DNA of 64,000 nucleotides from Acidobacteriota bacterium (GCA_021792135.1 JAJYVF010000015.1:68130-132129); one strand, 5' to 3'; shown: positions 47,387 to 57,267, numbered from the stretch's first letter. Program-made: numbers and translations. The notes: generated by a model from the sequence alone, not told the origin.

Positions 47387-50086
47387 ATGACACCGCACAG
47401 GAAGAACTCAGCGATTCCCGGCTCGCCGGCCGGATCCTGGCAACAGCACCCCCCCGCAAGCACGCGGCCCAACGGGTTCCCGATTGTCGGCATTGGAGCC
47501 TCAGCCGGAGGGCTGGAGGCCTTTACCGGCCTTTTCAGGGCGCTGCCGCCCGATTTAGGCATGGCCTACGTCCTTGTCCCTCACCTGGACCCCCTGCACG
47601 AGAGCGCGATCACCCAGATCGTCGGCCGTACCACCAGCATGCCGGTCATCGAGATCGAGGACGGAATCAAGGTGGAGCCGGATCATGTCTATGTCATTCC
47701 ACCCAACAGCGATCTGACCATCTCGCAGGCGCGGCTGCATATCACGGACCGTGAACAGCCCCGCTCCGTCAATACCGCGATTGATCTCTTCTTCCGCTCC
47801 CTGGCCACGGATCAGAGCAGCAACGCTATCGGTGTGGTTCTCTCCGGAACTGCTTCCGACGGGACCCTCGGCCTGAGGGCCATCAAGGGGGAAGGCGGCA
47901 TCACCTTTGCCCAGGATACCCGTTCCGCTAAATATGACAGCATGCCGGCAAGCGCCATCGCCGCCGGATTTGTCGACTTCGTTCTGCCCCCGGAGCAGAT
48001 TGCCCAGGAACTGGCGCGCATCCGGCAGCATCCTTACGTTGCCGGCGCCCCTCCCGAGCCGCCGGAGGGGGAAGGCACCAGAAATGACGCCTGCATGGGG
48101 CAGATCTTCCAGCTGCTGCGGCGCGCAATGCGGGTCGATTTTTCCGAATACAAGCCGCCGACGATGCGCCGCCGGGTCCAGCGGCGCATGATGCTGAACA
48201 AGATCGAGAAACTTGCGGACTATGTAGCCCTGCTGCAGCGGGACCGGAACGAGATCAACGCGCTCTACCAGGACCTGTTGATCAACGTCACCTCGTTTTT
48301 CCGCAATCCTGAGGCCTTTGACGCGCTGAAGCGGATCGTCTACCCGGCCATTCTGAAGACCCGCACCAACGGCTCTACCCCGATTCGCATCTGGGTTCCG
48401 GGCTGCTCGACGGGCGAAGAGGCGTACTCACACGCCATTTCTCTGCTCGAATTTCTGGGTGACAAGCGCACCGAGGTTCCGATCCAGATCTTCGCGACCG
48501 ACCTGAGCGAATTTGCGGTTCAGCACGCCCGCGCCGCTCTCTTCAGGGAAAGCATTGAGGCCGATGTCAGTCCAACCCGCCTGCGCCGCTTCTTTCACAA
48601 AGCGGACGGCGGCTACCAGATCAGCAAGACGATTTGCGACCTCTGCATTTTCTCCACGCAGAATGTCCTGAGCGACCCGCCTTTCTCCCGCATGGATCTG
48701 GTGAGTTGCCGCAATGTGATGATCTATCTCAGCCAGTCATTGCAGAAGCGAGTCATTCCCATTTTCCACTACGCCCTCAACCCCACTGGATTCCTGATGC
48801 TCGGGAATACGGAGGGACTGCTGGGGGCCGGCTCCGAGTTATTTGAAATGGCCGACAAAAAGCACAAGATTTATCGCAGGAAACTCGTTGCTGCGCCCGT
48901 CACCTTCGCATTTCCCGTGGGAACGCCGCAGGAGGGCGCTGCTGCCGAGATGCCCGCGCCTCCTCCAAAGGCGCCGGAAACCCTGAAGGCGCCTATTGAA
49001 CTGCAGAGGGAAGCCGACCGCCTGCTGCTGAGCCGCTACGCGCCGCCGGCGGTGGTGGTGAACGAACAGATGGAGATTCTGCAGACGCGGGGGCGCACGG
49101 GCGGTTATCTGGAGCTGGCGCCGGGCAAGGCAAGCCTGAACGTGCTCAGGATGGCTCGCCCCGGACTCCTTTTCGAACTGCAGAGAGCGATCGAGGAGGC
49201 AAAGAGAAGCGGCGTGGAGGCGGAGCGGCATAACCTGCGCGTGGAGGACGACGGGCAGAGCCGGCTGACCAATATCCGGGTGGTTCCCTTCCGCACCCCG
49301 ATTCAGGAGCAGCACAGCTATCTGGTGATCTTTGAGCCTGCGCCCGCCACCGACGAGCAGGCTGCCGCCAGGGATGCCGAGCCGCTTACGGAGTCGGAGC
49401 GGGCGGGGAAGGAGAAACAGATCGCGCAGCTCCGCCAGGAGCTGAGCTCCACGAAGCAGTATCTGCAGTCGATCATCGAGATGCGGGAGGCCACCAACGA
49501 GGAACTGCAGTCGGCCAACGAGGAGATTCAGTCAGGCAATGAAGAGCTGCACAGCACGAACGAAGAGCTGCAGACCTCGAAGGAGGAACTGGAGTCGGCC
49601 AACGAAGAGCTGCACACGGTGAACGAGGAGATGCAGCATCGCAACGATCTGCTGACCCAGCTCAATAACGACCTCACCAATCTGCTGAACAGCATCAACC
49701 TGCCCATGGTGATGGTCAGCTCCGATCTGAGCGTGCGGCGGTTTACGCCCCAGGCGGCAAATCTGCTGGGACTGACGGCCACCGACATCGGGCGGCCCAT
49801 TCCCCAGCTCAGGCTGAAGATCGATGTGCGCAGCCTGGAGCAGATGATGCTGGACGTGATGCGGCAGGTCCAGCCCAGACACGACCAGGTGCAGGACGAT
49901 GGGGGCCGCTGGTTCAGTCTTTGCGTCACCCCTTACCGCACCATGGATAACCGCATCGACGGTGTGGTGCTCACGGTCTTCGACAGAGCTTCCGCGGAGG
50001 ACCCGCGGGGCGGATCCTCATCCGGCCGCGGGCAAAATCCCGGAGCGCGCCGGAAAACGAACTCCGGACGTGGCGGCAAGGCTTAA
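47387..50086 (+). CDS. CheB methylesterase - CheR methyltransferase - coiled coil - PAS fusion protein
   Basis: The CheB-like part is IVGIGASAGGLEAF...VLSGTASDGTLGL. The CheR-like part is SFFRNPEAFDAL...IWVPGCSTGEEAYS. Seven NEELxSx heptads and a C-terminal PAS-like domain follow. Confidence 0.85.
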   Translation: MTPHRKNSAIPGSPAGSWQQHPPASTRPNGFPIVGIGASAGGLEAFTGLFRALPPDLGMAYVLVPHLDPLHESAITQIVGRTTSMPVIEIEDGIKVEPDHVYVIPPNSDLTISQARLHITDREQPRSVNTAIDLFFRSLATDQSSNAIGVVLSGTASDGTLGLRAIKGEGGITFAQDTRSAKYDSMPASAIAAGFVDFVLPPEQIAQELARIRQHPYVAGAPPEPPEGEGTRNDACMGQIFQLLRRAMRVDFSEYKPPTMRRRVQRRMMLNKIEKLADYVALLQRDRNEINALYQDLLINVTSFFRNPEAFDALKRIVYPAILKTRTNGSTPIRIWVPGCSTGEEAYSHAISLLEFLGDKRTEVPIQIFATDLSEFAVQHARAALFRESIEADVSPTRLRRFFHKADGGYQISKTICDLCIFSTQNVLSDPPFSRMDLVSCRNVMIYLSQSLQKRVIPIFHYALNPTGFLMLGNTEGLLGAGSELFEMADKKHKIYRRKLVAAPVTFAFPVGTPQEGAAAEMPAPPPKAPETLKAPIELQREADRLLLSRYAPPAVVVNEQMEILQTRGRTGGYLELAPGKASLNVLRMARPGLLFELQRAIEEAKRSGVEAERHNLRVEDDGQSRLTNIRVVPFRTPIQEQHSYLVIFEPAPATDEQAAARDAEPLTESERAGKEKQIAQLRQELSSTKQYLQSIIEMREATNEELQSANEEIQSGNEELHSTNEELQTSKEELESANEELHTVNEEMQHRNDLLTQLNNDLTNLLNSINLPMVMVSSDLSVRRFTPQAANLLGLTATDIGRPIPQLRLKIDVRSLEQMMLDVMRQVQPRHDQVQDDGGRWFSLCVTPYRTMDNRIDGVVLTVFDRASAEDPRGGSSSGRGQNPGARRKTNSGRGGKA
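49496..49642 (+). repeat. Intragenic 21-nt (heptad) repeat, 7 units
   Basis: NEELQSA NEEIQSG NEELHST NEELQTS KEELESA NEELHTV NEEMQHR. It is coding and in frame within the CheB-CheR fusion. Confidence 0.9.
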
Positions 50087-50241
50087 CTCCGCGCGATGAC
50101 GGTTGCTCCTGTTCCGGCCTGAAGAGGAGTTGTCCGCGACCCTGCGGCAGGAGCGCCCGATTTGACCGGGCGCCCGGGCCTCTCCTGGGGGGAAGAAGTC
50201 CCGCCCATATATGCTAAGCATCGGGAGAGGCCCGACAGCGA

Positions 50242-51444
50242 ATGCGAATCGCCATGGTGACGGAGACGTTTCTGCCCAAGATCGACGGAATCGTCACCAT
50301 GGTGACCAAAACCGTGGAGTGTCTGAAGGCACGTGGGGATGAGGTCCTGATCTTTGCCCCGGCTGGAGGCCCCGGCGAGATTTTCGGCGCAGAAGTAGTG
50401 GCGCTGCCCTCGGTGGCGTTTCCCTTTTACCCGGAGCTGCGAATAGCGCCGCCGCGGGCTTCCATGCGCAGGCACCTCATCGCGTTTCGCCCCGACGTCC
50501 TGCACCTGTTCGAGCCATCCTTGCTGGGCATCGGCGGGCTGTATTATGCCAGCGTTCTGAATGCGCCGCTGGTCATCTCCTACCACACCAATCTTCCTGT
50601 CTATCTGCACTACTACAAACTGGGTTTCCTGGAAGGGCCAACCTGGAAGCTGATGCGGGAAAGGCACGGCCGTGCGGACCTGAATCTGTGCACATCCACA
50701 GCCATGCTGGAGGACCTCCGCGCCCACGGCATCGATCGTCTGGCCCTGTGGCAACGTGCGGTCGACGCGGATCTGTTCCATCCCTCTCAGTACTCCGCGG
50801 AAATGCGCGCCGCTCTGAGCCGGGGCGAAAGCGAAAAGCCGCTGCTGCTCTACGTGGGCCGACTCTCCGCGGAAAAGGATGTCGGAAGCCTTCGTGCCGT
50901 GCTGGAAGCCATGCCCGAAGTGCGGCTCGCCATTGTGGGCGACGGGCCGATGCGCGGAGAACTCGAGCAGCATTTCCGCAACACAGGCACTCACTTTGCC
51001 GGGTATCTGAGAGGCCAGGCCCTGGCCGCAGCCTACGCCTCGGCCGATCTCTTTGTGATGCCCTCGCAGACGGAGACACTGGGTCTGGTGCTGCTGGAGG
51101 CCATGGCCGCCGGATGTCCCGTGGTCGCCTGCCGGGCAGGAGGAGTTCCGGACGCTGTCCAAGACGGAGTAACCGGCTTCCTGTTCGACCCATCGGAGCC
51201 GGATGCTCTGCCTCGTGCCGTTCGAACAGCGCTGGAGTGCCCGGACAGGAGAGCGGCCCTGCGAACCCGAGCCCGCGCTGAGGTCGAGCGCCACAGCTGG
51301 CAGGCGGCTACGGAGCAGCTTTGCGGCTATTACACCGAGGCCGTGCAGAATCGGCGTCCTGCGCGCCCTGCCGGCCGGCAAGCCTGCGCAGGCAGGCTGA
51401 CCAAAAAGATGGTGATGGCCACCCTGCGGCAGTTACTTCCCTGA
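50242..51444 (+). CDS. GT4 glycosyltransferase, SqdX/SQD2-like glycolipid synthase
   Basis: MRIAMVTETFLPKIDGIVT...YHTNLPVYLHYY...LNLCTSTAMLEDL...LWQRAVDADLFHP...ETLGLVLLEAMAAGCPVV closely follows SqdX as I recall it. Confidence 0.8.
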   Translation: MRIAMVTETFLPKIDGIVTMVTKTVECLKARGDEVLIFAPAGGPGEIFGAEVVALPSVAFPFYPELRIAPPRASMRRHLIAFRPDVLHLFEPSLLGIGGLYYASVLNAPLVISYHTNLPVYLHYYKLGFLEGPTWKLMRERHGRADLNLCTSTAMLEDLRAHGIDRLALWQRAVDADLFHPSQYSAEMRAALSRGESEKPLLLYVGRLSAEKDVGSLRAVLEAMPEVRLAIVGDGPMRGELEQHFRNTGTHFAGYLRGQALAAAYASADLFVMPSQTETLGLVLLEAMAAGCPVVACRAGGVPDAVQDGVTGFLFDPSEPDALPRAVRTALECPDRRAALRTRARAEVERHSWQAATEQLCGYYTEAVQNRRPARPAGRQACAGRLTKKMVMATLRQLLP

Positions 51445-51817
51445 TCGCCCGTGGCTTTCTGACGAATCTTTAATATCTCGGTCAGACTCAGAAAGGCCTC
51501 GGCCCATTCCCCGCTCCGGACCGGTCCAGGGAACCAGGAAATGTGTCCTGCTGACGCGCCGGCTGCGCGGCCCATCCTGATCCTGCGGAAATGTAACAAC
51601 GCCCGTCTTGTTTCACCCTGGAATGAAAGTCGCCTTGCAGCGGCCGCTCGTCCTATAATGTTTCGAGTTTTCCCCAGTTCGTCTCTCTTACTGTAAAACA
51701 ACCTGCTACCTGGAGCACCGACTGGCTTGTCTATAAAAGAAGTCTCACCCCTATTTGCAAGGAAACAGGGAAATTTAACGAGCAGCAGTTACCTCTCATT
51801 CGATTCTTCAGCCAGGA

Positions 51818-53068
51818 ATGGGAGTCGGAGGCCGGGTGCGTAATCATTTGTTGTTGCTGTCCAGAGACAGCGATGCAGTTCAGGGTTTCCAGAGCGGGGT
51901 CTCCCTTCACGGCCACACTCGACATTCACAGGAGAGTCTGGGATTCATCGGCAAGTTTCTCCAGTCGAGGCGGCCCCTGCGCAGCTGGATCGAGGGCCAG
52001 AAGGAATATTGCCGCAGAACATCGGGCATCGTGCTCGATTTCGACCGGGCTTACTGGACGCCGCCCCTGTGCGAGCGCAGAGCCTTTGCGCTTGAGTCTC
52101 GCCAGATCCAGGAAATGGGCCTGCGCCCCATGGTATCGCTCTCCGATCACGACAACATCGACGCCTGTACTCTGCTGCGGTCCGATCCGGCCTGCTCCGA
52201 TGTCCCTATTTCCACCGAGTGGACCGTGCCCTTCGGGAGCGCCGTATTTCATCTTGGCGTGCATAACCTGCCCGCGGGAATTGCGCAGTCCGCCATGGCT
52301 GCCATGTGGGAAGCAACCGCGAGGGCCGACGAACATTCCGTGCTCGAGCTCATGGCTGAGTTCTCCGCCATGCCGGGTGTGCTTCTCGTCTTCAATCATC
52401 CGCTGTGGAACTTCGACAGCATCGCTCCGCGGCTCTTCGACTCCGAGCTCGCCCGGTTTCTCGACCTGGCCAATGACTACCTGCACGCCTTTGAGCTGAA
52501 CGGCATGCGCAGCCACAGGGAAAACCGCGCCGTGCTGAAGCTGGCCGCCGATCGGGAGCAGGTGATCATCTCCGGCGGGGATCGCCACGGCTGCGAGCCG
52601 AATGCATTCCTGAACCTGACCCAGGCTTCCGACTTTCCGGAGTTCGTGGATGAGATCCGAACCGGCAGGCAGAGCACCGTGCTGATCATGCCCCAGTACG
52701 GTGAGCCCCTGAGCTGGCGTTTCTACCAGAACTTCACCCACGTCATTGCCGAGTATCCGCAGCATCCTGAGGGCCGCCGCCAGTGGGATCAGCGCACCTT
52801 CCACCCGGATCGCGACGGCAACGTGGTGCCGATGATCGAACTATGGCGGGTCGGGCCCCCGGATTTTCTCAGGACAATTTTTGCGGCGGCGCTGATGGCC
52901 GTGAATCTTCCGGTTCGCGGGCTGCTGCGGAGATGCATGTCCGGCAAGAACGAATCTCTGCTCCCGCCGAGCGGCCGGGGACTGGGCTGGACTGCGGCGG
53001 AAGCGGGAGCGGTCGTGCGTTCCTCTGTCCCGGAACCGGATTCTCTGATGGATTTCGCCGCTGATTAG
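51818..53068 (+). CDS. Hypothetical protein with PHP-like metal-phosphoesterase motifs
   Basis: SLHGHTRHSQES, SLSDHDNI, NHPLWN and GGDRHG resemble PHP His/Asp motifs. ATG at 51818. The assignment is weak. Confidence 0.45.
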   Translation: MGVGGRVRNHLLLLSRDSDAVQGFQSGVSLHGHTRHSQESLGFIGKFLQSRRPLRSWIEGQKEYCRRTSGIVLDFDRAYWTPPLCERRAFALESRQIQEMGLRPMVSLSDHDNIDACTLLRSDPACSDVPISTEWTVPFGSAVFHLGVHNLPAGIAQSAMAAMWEATARADEHSVLELMAEFSAMPGVLLVFNHPLWNFDSIAPRLFDSELARFLDLANDYLHAFELNGMRSHRENRAVLKLAADREQVIISGGDRHGCEPNAFLNLTQASDFPEFVDEIRTGRQSTVLIMPQYGEPLSWRFYQNFTHVIAEYPQHPEGRRQWDQRTFHPDRDGNVVPMIELWRVGPPDFLRTIFAAALMAVNLPVRGLLRRCMSGKNESLLPPSGRGLGWTAAEAGAVVRSSVPEPDSLMDFAAD

Positions 53069-53442
53069 GGCGCCAGGTCGAAGATGACGCTCGTCAGAGC
53101 ATCCATGTCGCCCTGGCGATCGATGACCCGGTGGAACAGAGAAGCTTCGACCCCCGCCGGCGAATCGCGCTCCAGCAGAACGAGGCGGCTCCCCGGGCTG
53201 TGCCGCCGGATACGGCAGGCCAGAAACACCAGCGTCGGAATCTCAACGCTGGCGCAGAAGACCCAGAGCCGCGGGCAGGATTCCCGAGCCGCAGGCTCCG
53301 CCTGCTCGGGTATCAGTGAATGCACGGCAATCCCGGTGTTCGCGAGCGCATTTTCCCGCGCAGAAAGCAGTTCCACATCCCTCCCCACGGAAAAAACCGG
53401 CAACGAAAAGGGCGGGAAAGAGGCTTGCTGACTTGCCGACAT
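53065..53442 (-). CDS. Hypothetical receiver-like protein lacking the phospho-acceptor Asp
   Basis: 125 aa with an alternating beta/alpha pattern (VFSVGRD, IAVHSL, LWVFCASVE, RLVLLE). There is no DD pocket and no Asp at the beta3 end. Confidence 0.4.
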   Translation of the reverse strand: MSASQQASFPPFSLPVFSVGRDVELLSARENALANTGIAVHSLIPEQAEPAARESCPRLWVFCASVEIPTLVFLACRIRRHSPGSRLVLLERDSPAGVEASLFHRVIDRQGDMDALTSVIFDLAP

Positions 53443-53776
53443 AGGACTCCGCCTGGAATTGCGCCGAAGAGCATGACGCGTCCGTCAGTTCTGGCAATGC
53501 TGCCGGGCTGTTCAAAGAGAATTCGCTGCTGGACGTGCTTTTTACAGTAGTGGGAAACCCCGCCCGGGGCAACGTCATTCCATGCCGTTTTCATCACGCT
53601 GCATGGCCTCCGCCAGCACCGGCATCCGACCTCGGATTCCTCTTCTCTGTTTCCGGGCAGAAAGCCTCGCTGCGCCGGCTCGCGCGGGATTCAGCCACCC
53701 GCCCCGGAACAGGAGCCGGGGCACGGCTTGCATCAGACCACATCGACCGGGATTCTCAAAGCGGGATGAGCAGGAT

Positions 53777-55216
53777 TCAGGCGGAGCCCCTCGGCAGACT
53801 GACGATAAACTCCGTCCGGCCAGGCTCTGAACTGAAGGAAATCGTCCCGCGAAACTGCCCATTCACAATGCGGCGGGCGATATCGAGCCCAAGGCCGGTG
53901 CCGACGCCTGCCGGCTTCGTCGTATAGAAAGGCTGGAAAATTTTGTCGCGATTTTCCAGAGCAATGCCCGGCCCCTCGTCGGAGATGCCCACACAGACCT
54001 GGCCATCCTCGGCCCACGTCCGAACGCGAATGCAGGATCCCTGCGGAGCAGCGTCGGCGGCATTATCGAGGAGGTTCGTCCAGACCTGGCTCAACCCTGT
54101 GCCGCACGTCTTCAGCGGCGGCAGCCCGGACGCGAAATCCCTTTCCACAATCAGCTGCTTGTGCCGGAATTTGTGCCCGAGGATGATGAGCGTGCTCTGA
54201 ATGCTGTCGTGAATATCGATGATGTGTTCGCCGCCCTTGTCCTCATAAGCATATTTCTTGACGGCAATGACCAGTTCGGTGAGACGGCTGAGGCTCTCTT
54301 CGATGGTCCCCAGCTGCTGCGTGGCGGAGATCAGAGCGGCCAGCCAGTTCAGAGCATCCTGAAGCGTATCCGGAGGAAACGCCTGCTGCGCGCAGAGGAT
54401 GTCCTGGCGCCGCCAGCCGGCAAGCACCAGAGTCGGGGCCAGCTTCCACGCATTGTCCACGCCGATGCTCTCCAGCCACGAAACCAGCTCTTCTTCCGCG
54501 TCGGCTTCCTCCATGCTGCTCACCGGCTTCGGTCTTCCCGGAGCAAACACTTCCTCCTGCATGTCGTGCAGGCAGAGGCGCTGCTCCTGGGTCAGGGGTG
54601 AAATGCAGAAGCGCATGCTGATCTCCTGCAGACGCCCAAGGTTCTCCCGGAGCTGGGCTGCCGAGCGCCGGGCGGCTGCACCGGGGTTGTTCAGCTCATG
54701 CATCAGCCCGGCCGCCAGCGTTCCCAGCGAAATCAGCTTCTCCTGGTGGAGGGTATTTGCCTGAAAGGCGTGGATCCTCTGCGCCGCCCTGGAAACCACC
54801 CCGTGCCTGACCGTGGGGCAGGTCGCCATCAGCCTCCAGAAGCCCTCGGCATCCACACGCAGCAGAAGGGCGGGAGCGGTCGCCACGCACTGTACGCCGC
54901 TCACCTGCATGCCCAGCAGCAGCGGCGCCTCGCCGAAATGATCGCCATCCCGGAAGACCGCCAGCGGGGTCTCGATGCCGTTGCCTTCGGTGCGCGTGGC
55001 CTGCACCGCGCCCTCAACCAACATGCAGAACGCAGGAGCCGTTTCTCCCTGCCGGGAAAGGACCGCTCCGGGCGCAGCGTCCACCAGCTCCACCCTTCCC
55101 AGGCAGGAGAGGTCTTCTTCTTTCAACGTGGCCAGGAGTGGAATTCTGCGGGCCAAAAGCCTCAGCTCCTCCGGGGTCACCGTCTTCGCGTTTCCCTGCG
55201 TTGCTGTGACTTCCAT
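53777..55216 (-). CDS. Cyclic-nucleotide-binding-domain histidine kinase
   Basis: N-terminal cNMP-binding fold (...DHFGEAPLLLG...), H-box LAAGLMHELNNP, and ATPase motifs NLLDNAADA, DEGPGI and GTGLGLDIARR. Confidence 0.85.
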   Translation of the reverse strand: MEVTATQGNAKTVTPEELRLLARRIPLLATLKEEDLSCLGRVELVDAAPGAVLSRQGETAPAFCMLVEGAVQATRTEGNGIETPLAVFRDGDHFGEAPLLLGMQVSGVQCVATAPALLLRVDAEGFWRLMATCPTVRHGVVSRAAQRIHAFQANTLHQEKLISLGTLAAGLMHELNNPGAAARRSAAQLRENLGRLQEISMRFCISPLTQEQRLCLHDMQEEVFAPGRPKPVSSMEEADAEEELVSWLESIGVDNAWKLAPTLVLAGWRRQDILCAQQAFPPDTLQDALNWLAALISATQQLGTIEESLSRLTELVIAVKKYAYEDKGGEHIIDIHDSIQSTLIILGHKFRHKQLIVERDFASGLPPLKTCGTGLSQVWTNLLDNAADAAPQGSCIRVRTWAEDGQVCVGISDEGPGIALENRDKIFQPFYTTKPAGVGTGLGLDIARRIVNGQFRGTISFSSEPGRTEFIVSLPRGSA

Positions 55217-55228
55217 CCGCTCCAGACC

Positions 55229-56881
55229 CTAGAATTGCGCCAGATATTGATGCATAAACTGTACAGCGATTGAACCCTCTCCCACAGCGGAAGCCGCCCG
55301 CTTCACCGAACCGTGACGTACATCCCCAGCCGCGAAGACCCCCGGCATGGAGGTTTCAAGCAGGTACGGCTCGCGCTCCACATTCCAGCTGCGCGGCAGG
55401 CGCCCTTCGATCCGGAGATCGCGCCCCGAGAGCACAAACCCATTGGGATCGCGCATGACCCGCTCGGGCAGCCAGTCGGTCTGGGGAGCTGCGCCGATGA
55501 AGAGGAAGATTGAGGAGGCGGGCCGCACTTCTTCCCCCTGCGCGGTCCGAATCCGCAGTGCTTCCAGCCGCTTTTCTCCCAGGGCTTCCACGATCTCGCT
55601 GTTCGTCTCCACCGTTATATTCGATGTTCCGGCAATCTGATCGATGAGATATTTCGACATGCTCTTCTCGAGCGAGCCGGCGCGCACCAGCATGGTTACC
55701 TGTCGGGCGAAGCGCGAGAAGTGCATGGCGGCCTGGCCCGCTGAATTCGCGCCTCCCACGATGTAAACCGTCTCGTCTTTGCAGGACTGCGCCTCGGTTG
55801 GCGACGCGCCATAGTAAACCCCGGCGCCGGTCAGCCGTTCAATGCCCGGCGCGTCGATCCGGCGGTAGCATACACCGACCGCAATCAGACACACCCGGCA
55901 GGAAACCTCGGCTCCGCTGCCCATCCTGACAATCCGGTAGTCGCCATCCGCCTGAATGGATCGGGCGCGCTGGGTCACGAACTCGGCGCCGAAGCGCCGG
56001 GCCTGATCCCAGGCGTCGCGGGCCAGGCGTTCCCCCGAAACTCCCCGCGGAAAACCCAGATAATTCTCGATCCTCGAACTGCTGCCGGCCTGCCCCCCCG
56101 GGGCCTCGGGCTCGAGGACCAGCGTCTTCAGGCCCTCGGAGGCGCCGTAAACCGCCGCGGCCAGCCCCGCCATTCCCGCTCCGATGACCACCAGATCGTA
56201 GAAATCCTGCCGGGCGTGGATGCGCAGGCCGACACGTTCGGCCAGTTCATCGTCCTTTGGCTGGACCAGAGCCGTTCCGTCAGGAAAGAGCACCGCCGGC
56301 AACTTGCTGTCGTCCACCCCGAATTTGGCCAGCAGGCTGACCGCCTGGTCGTCCCTTTCGGGGTCAAGCCACACGTAGGGAACCTGGTTGCGAGAGAGGA
56401 AATTGCGGATCTGATAGTCCCGGAGAGACCAGCGCGGCCCCACCACGCGGATGCCCTCAAAGGGAGGCTTATAGCCCTGATTCCAGTCCTCCAGCAGGTC
56501 GTCGAGCACCGGATAGAGCCGCTCCTCCGGCGGATCCCACGGCTTGGTCAGATAGTAATGAATCCGCGCGGAGTTGATGGCGCGGATCGCCGCCTCCGTA
56601 TCCGCATAAGCCGTCAGCAGAACCCGCCGGGCCTGCGGATAGGGGCTCCGGATCCGCTCCAGAAACTCCACGCCGGACATTCCGGGCATCCGCTGGTCGG
56701 AGACGATCAGGGCCACCGCGTCTCCACGATCCTTCAGCTGCGCGCAGGTATCCAGCGCCGCCTGCCCCGAGCCCGCGCGCAGAATGCGATAGTGCTGCCC
56801 GTACTTGCGGCGCAGGTCCTGCACCACCGCCTCCAGCACGCTGGCGTCGTCATCCACGGCAAGGATAATGGGCCTGGCCAT
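55229..56881 (-). CDS. Fused response regulator / thioredoxin-reductase-like flavoprotein
   Basis: The receiver has ILAVDDD, LIVSDQRMPGMSG and TKP. A Trx-fold-like linker follows. The FAD/NAD(P) domains carry VVIGAGMAGLAAAVYGASEG, IVGGANSAGQAA and FAAGDV. Confidence 0.9.
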   Translation of the reverse strand: MARPIILAVDDDASVLEAVVQDLRRKYGQHYRILRAGSGQAALDTCAQLKDRGDAVALIVSDQRMPGMSGVEFLERIRSPYPQARRVLLTAYADTEAAIRAINSARIHYYLTKPWDPPEERLYPVLDDLLEDWNQGYKPPFEGIRVVGPRWSLRDYQIRNFLSRNQVPYVWLDPERDDQAVSLLAKFGVDDSKLPAVLFPDGTALVQPKDDELAERVGLRIHARQDFYDLVVIGAGMAGLAAAVYGASEGLKTLVLEPEAPGGQAGSSSRIENYLGFPRGVSGERLARDAWDQARRFGAEFVTQRARSIQADGDYRIVRMGSGAEVSCRVCLIAVGVCYRRIDAPGIERLTGAGVYYGASPTEAQSCKDETVYIVGGANSAGQAAMHFSRFARQVTMLVRAGSLEKSMSKYLIDQIAGTSNITVETNSEIVEALGEKRLEALRIRTAQGEEVRPASSIFLFIGAAPQTDWLPERVMRDPNGFVLSGRDLRIEGRLPRSWNVEREPYLLETSMPGVFAAGDVRHGSVKRAASAVGEGSIAVQFMHQYLAQF

Positions 56882-57014
56882 TTCGGTTCCCCTGTCCCGA
56901 TCTCTCCTATTACGTTACCAGGCTCGCCGGGCCGTGGCGAAGCACGGGGCCGTCCCCGGCCTGGATGCGACGCAGAACAGGCATCCCAGGTTAGGAATTA
57001 CATCACTGACACTC

Positions 57015-57028
57015 GTGACGTACGTCAC
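57015..57028. promoter_or_regulatory. Perfect 14-bp palindrome GTGACGTACGTCAC in the divergent intergenic region
   Basis: I checked that it is its own reverse complement. The GTGA-N6-TCAC layout resembles CRP/FNR-class half sites. It sits about 140 bp upstream of the receiver-flavoprotein gene and about 245 bp upstream of the LuxR-type gene. Confidence 0.45.
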
Positions 57029-57267
57029 AGGACCTTCGGCACCAGACGCGTTACTTTGGGCCGGGGTGGTAAGTATCGACCATCCTCGACACCGGATTTC
57101 GGGCAGTCTGGCAACCCGGAAAGCGGCATCGTTCATCGGGCGTCTTCCGAAGTACCTCAAGTGTCCCAAAAAGAGACACACGGGCGGCAATCTCTTCGAG
57201 GGGCGACCGCAACTGCAGCCAGTTTCCGGGAAGCCCCGGCGACGCATTCAACAAGGAAAGCCGATAC

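Noticed and set aside
49496-49642. Regular 21-nt repeats that could suggest a repeat array or CRISPR.
   Set aside because: The units are contiguous without spacers, in frame, and encode a heptad coiled coil inside the CheB-CheR fusion.
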